This document shows positions 57,489 through 64,000 of a DNA stretch of 64,000 bases, piece by piece. The translations under genes were made by a program, and so were the position numbers. The notes under the pieces were generated by a model. The model was not told where the DNA came from, searched no databases, and saw nothing but the letters and a program-made list of their open reading frames with translations. Source of the stretch: Eledone cirrhosa (Eukaryota); assembly GCA_964016885.1 (NCBI GenBank), contig OZ024742.1:263128001-263192000 (forward strand), in the 5' to 3' direction. Within the stretch, counting starts at the first letter, position 1; every line of letters starts with the position of its first letter.

Positions 57489-57783
57489 CATCATCATCAT
57501 CATCATCATCAGCGTTTAACGTCCGTGTTCCACGCTTGCATGGGTTTGGACGGGGGTAGTCCCACTTGAGGCAAGAGTGATTGTCTTGCTCGCATAGGAC
57601 TGTCTGGCAGGTTTTCTACAGTTGGATGCCCTTCCTAACACCAACCACATTTACAGTGTGGGTCTGGGAGGTTTTTACCGTGTTGCCTACACGGCCACAT
57701 TACAGCGTGGACTGTGTGTTTTTTTGTCGTGACACCTACACGATCTCATTTGTTTCGGCCTCGATGGCGCGGCACCAACATAA
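57488..57783 (-). mobile_element. RTE 3'UTR fragment
   Basis: Essentially identical to 49019-49312. Confidence 0.85.
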
Positions 57784-57784
57784 C

Positions 57785-57822
<38 letters not shown>

Positions 57823-57841
57823 ATATATTTTTATATATATT

Positions 57842-57874
<33 letters not shown>

Positions 57875-57895
57875 ATATATATTTTTATATATATT

Positions 57896-57928
<33 letters not shown>

Positions 57929-57943
57929 ATTTTTATATATATT

Positions 57944-58018
<75 letters not shown>

Positions 58019-58057
58019 ATATATTTTTATATATATATATATATTTTTATATATATT

Positions 58058-58259
<202 letters not shown>

Positions 58260-58272
58260 ATATTTATATATA

Positions 58273-59890
58273 TCATCATCATCATCATCATCATCATTTT
58301 ACGTCCGCTTTTCCCTGCTTGCAAGGGTGGGACGGGTCTTATTCAGCACAGCATCTCTCCACTCGTCACGGTCCCTCGTCATCTCCACCGTGAGCTTCAA
58401 TGATCTGAGGTCTGTTCTCACCACCTCCGCCCATGTTTTTCGTGGTCTACCTCTACCACGTCTTCCTTCAACTGGCATTTCCTGGCACTTCTTCACCCAT
58501 CGGTCATCCTCCATGCGCATCACATGTCCATACCACCTCAGTCTCCTCTCCCGTACACTACATTCTATCCCTCTCAGACACAGTTTCTCTCTCAACACAT
58601 TTATGCTGGGTCGTTCACGCACATTTACACTGCACATCCAACGGAGCATGCTTGCCTCATTTCTCTCCAGCCGTCGCATATCTTCTGCGGTAGCTGCCAT
58701 GTCTCACTACCATGCAGCATCGCGCTCCTCACACAGGCATCATACAACCGGCCTTTCGTACGCAGGGAGAAACCCTTCTTCGTCAACAGAGGAAGCAGCT
58801 CCCTAAACTTCTTCCAACCCGTCCTTATTCTAGATACTATGGCCTCGGAACACCCTCCTCCCATGCTAATCTGATCTCCTAGGTACCGGAAGCTATCCAC
58901 CACTTCTATAGCGCCCTCTCGCATTTGAAAAATGTGTCTATCAGTGCGACTTCTACTGTCTAATTTCCCTGTACATCTACTGCATACATATTTCTCCCTA
59001 CCTGTTAGTTTGCCTGCTATCCCGCTACATCTCTTGTGTACCCAGGACCTACATTGTGTGCATTTTATAGAATTTATGCCAGTTCCTTTTCTGCATATCG
59101 AACATGGCCATTTCCCTGACGGAATCAGGGTTTTGTCCTCTTTTCTACTCATCAACACTTTTGTCTTAGCTAGATTTACTCTCAGTCCTCTTGCTTCCAA
59201 CTGCTGTTTCCATAGCCGGAATTTATTCTCTAGCTCCTCTACTGATTCTGCCATAAGAGCCAGATCGTCAGCATAGAGAAGTTCCCATGGACAGCCAGTC
59301 TTAAACTCCTCTGTTATGGCTTGGAGGACTATAATGAACAAGAGCGGCTGAGGACCGAACCCTGATGTACTCCTACTTGTATCTGGAATTCCTCACTAAA
59401 CTCCATTCCTACCCTGACTTTACTGAGAGTACCTCTGTACAAAGTTTGCACTGTCCTTACAAGCCATTCCTCAACACCCAGCTTCCTTAGGGACCACCAG
59501 ATGACAGATCGGGGTACCCTATCAAAGGCCTTCTCTAGGTCAACAAAGGCTAAGTATAGTGGCTTATTCTTCTCTAAGAACCTCTCTTGCATTTGTCTCA
59601 CCAAGAAGAGGGCATCTGTTGTACTCTTCCCAGGCACAAAACCAAACTGCATCTCATCTAGTTTGACCCTTTCCCTAATTAGTTGTGCTAGAATCCTTTC
59701 TGCCACTTTCATAACCTGATCTATCAGTTTATACCCCTATAATTGCTCCTCTCCAAAGCATCCCCTTTACCTTTGTAGCAATTTATGAGAATACTGCTGC
59801 ACCAGTCTTTGGGTATGACACCACCATATATAGCCTGATTGATTATGCGTGCAACCAGTTTAGTGCCTACGTCCCCTGATGCCTTCAGCA
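58273..59890 (-). mobile_element. 5'-truncated RTE-clade LINE (third subfamily) with frameshifts
   Basis: [50 protein letters not shown]; (GAT)n tail. Confidence 0.9.
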
Positions 59891-61590
<1,700 letters not shown>

Positions 61591-61593
<3 letters not shown>

Positions 61594-62134
61594 CTGTATT
61601 ACAAAGTGCAGGGCAATAAAGATAGACGGTAGCCACGGAATAGGCAGACCTAGAAAAACATGGGATGAGCTGATAAACTCCGACCTCACACACTTACACC
61701 TCTCCAAGACAATGTCACTGGACCGTGACCTTTGGCGGTACTCAGTAACAGAGAAGACCCGCCTTGCCAGTAGGCATCTCTAACAAAATACGCCCCTCCC
61801 GCCGCCACCCCCACCCCATCCACACCACCCCGTTCTATGTAAAGTTATGTTGGTGCCGCGCCATCCAGGCCGAAACAAATGAGATCGTGTAGGTGTCACG
61901 ACAAAAAAACACACAGTCCACGCTGTAATGTGGCCGTGTAGGCAACACGGTAAAAACCTCCCAGACCCACACTGTAAATGTGGTGGTGTTAGGAAGGGCA
62001 TCCAACTGTAGAAAACCTGCCAGACAGTCCTATGCGAGCAAGACAATCACTCTTGCCTCAAGTGGGACTACCCCCGTCCAAACCCATGCAAGCGTGGAAC
62101 ACGGACGTTAAACGTTGATGATGATGATGATGAT

Positions 62135-62136
<2 letters not shown>
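61591..62136 (+). mobile_element. RTE 3' fragment with (GAT)n tail
   Basis: Reverse complement of ~49019-49590 with an internal deletion. Confidence 0.85.
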
Positions 62137-63910
<1,774 letters not shown>

Positions 63911-63913
63911 TTA

Positions 63914-64000
63914 TTTCGTTTCTGAATTTGTTTAGCAAGATTCTTTATCTGAAATCGTGTGTTGAAACCGATATTGTTATACTTTGGGAGGGTCATGTTG
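63914..64000 (-). repeat. Unclassified interspersed repeat end, homologous to 31991-32072
   Basis: Shared CAACATGACCCTCCCAAAGTATAACAATATC. Confidence 0.7.

Overview
Eukaryotic, repeat-dominated, non-genic DNA. It is probably from an octopus: an OK-type tRNA-derived SINE head is present and (TA)n content is extreme. Roughly half the window is (TA)n/(TACA)n microsatellite, and nearly all long IYIY ORFs in the track are artefacts of it. Between the tracts are Penelope-like retroelements (PLEs): a Naiad-type RT/GIY-YIG element forming a ~7 kb head-to-head foldback (12838-19876), a Naiad 3' fragment, and a decayed Neptune/Nematis-like copy. There are also two RTE-clade LINE groups, CR1-like LINE fragments, RTE-derived non-autonomous repeats, a Tc1/mariner deletion derivative, MITEs and a tandem Helitron. 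More than a dozen minimal type I hammerhead ribozymes (HHRs) with palindromic stem III can be read directly, including core variants. The main find is two diverged non-coding repeat families (5 copies) carrying a hammerhead whose three core segments are in NON-circularly permuted order (UH, then GAAA, then CYGANGA). It has a pseudoknotted stem I, a 1-bp stem II and a kink-turn extending stem III, with compensatory changes between the families. All RNA structures were read by eye and none is experimentally confirmed. No host protein-coding gene could be supported.
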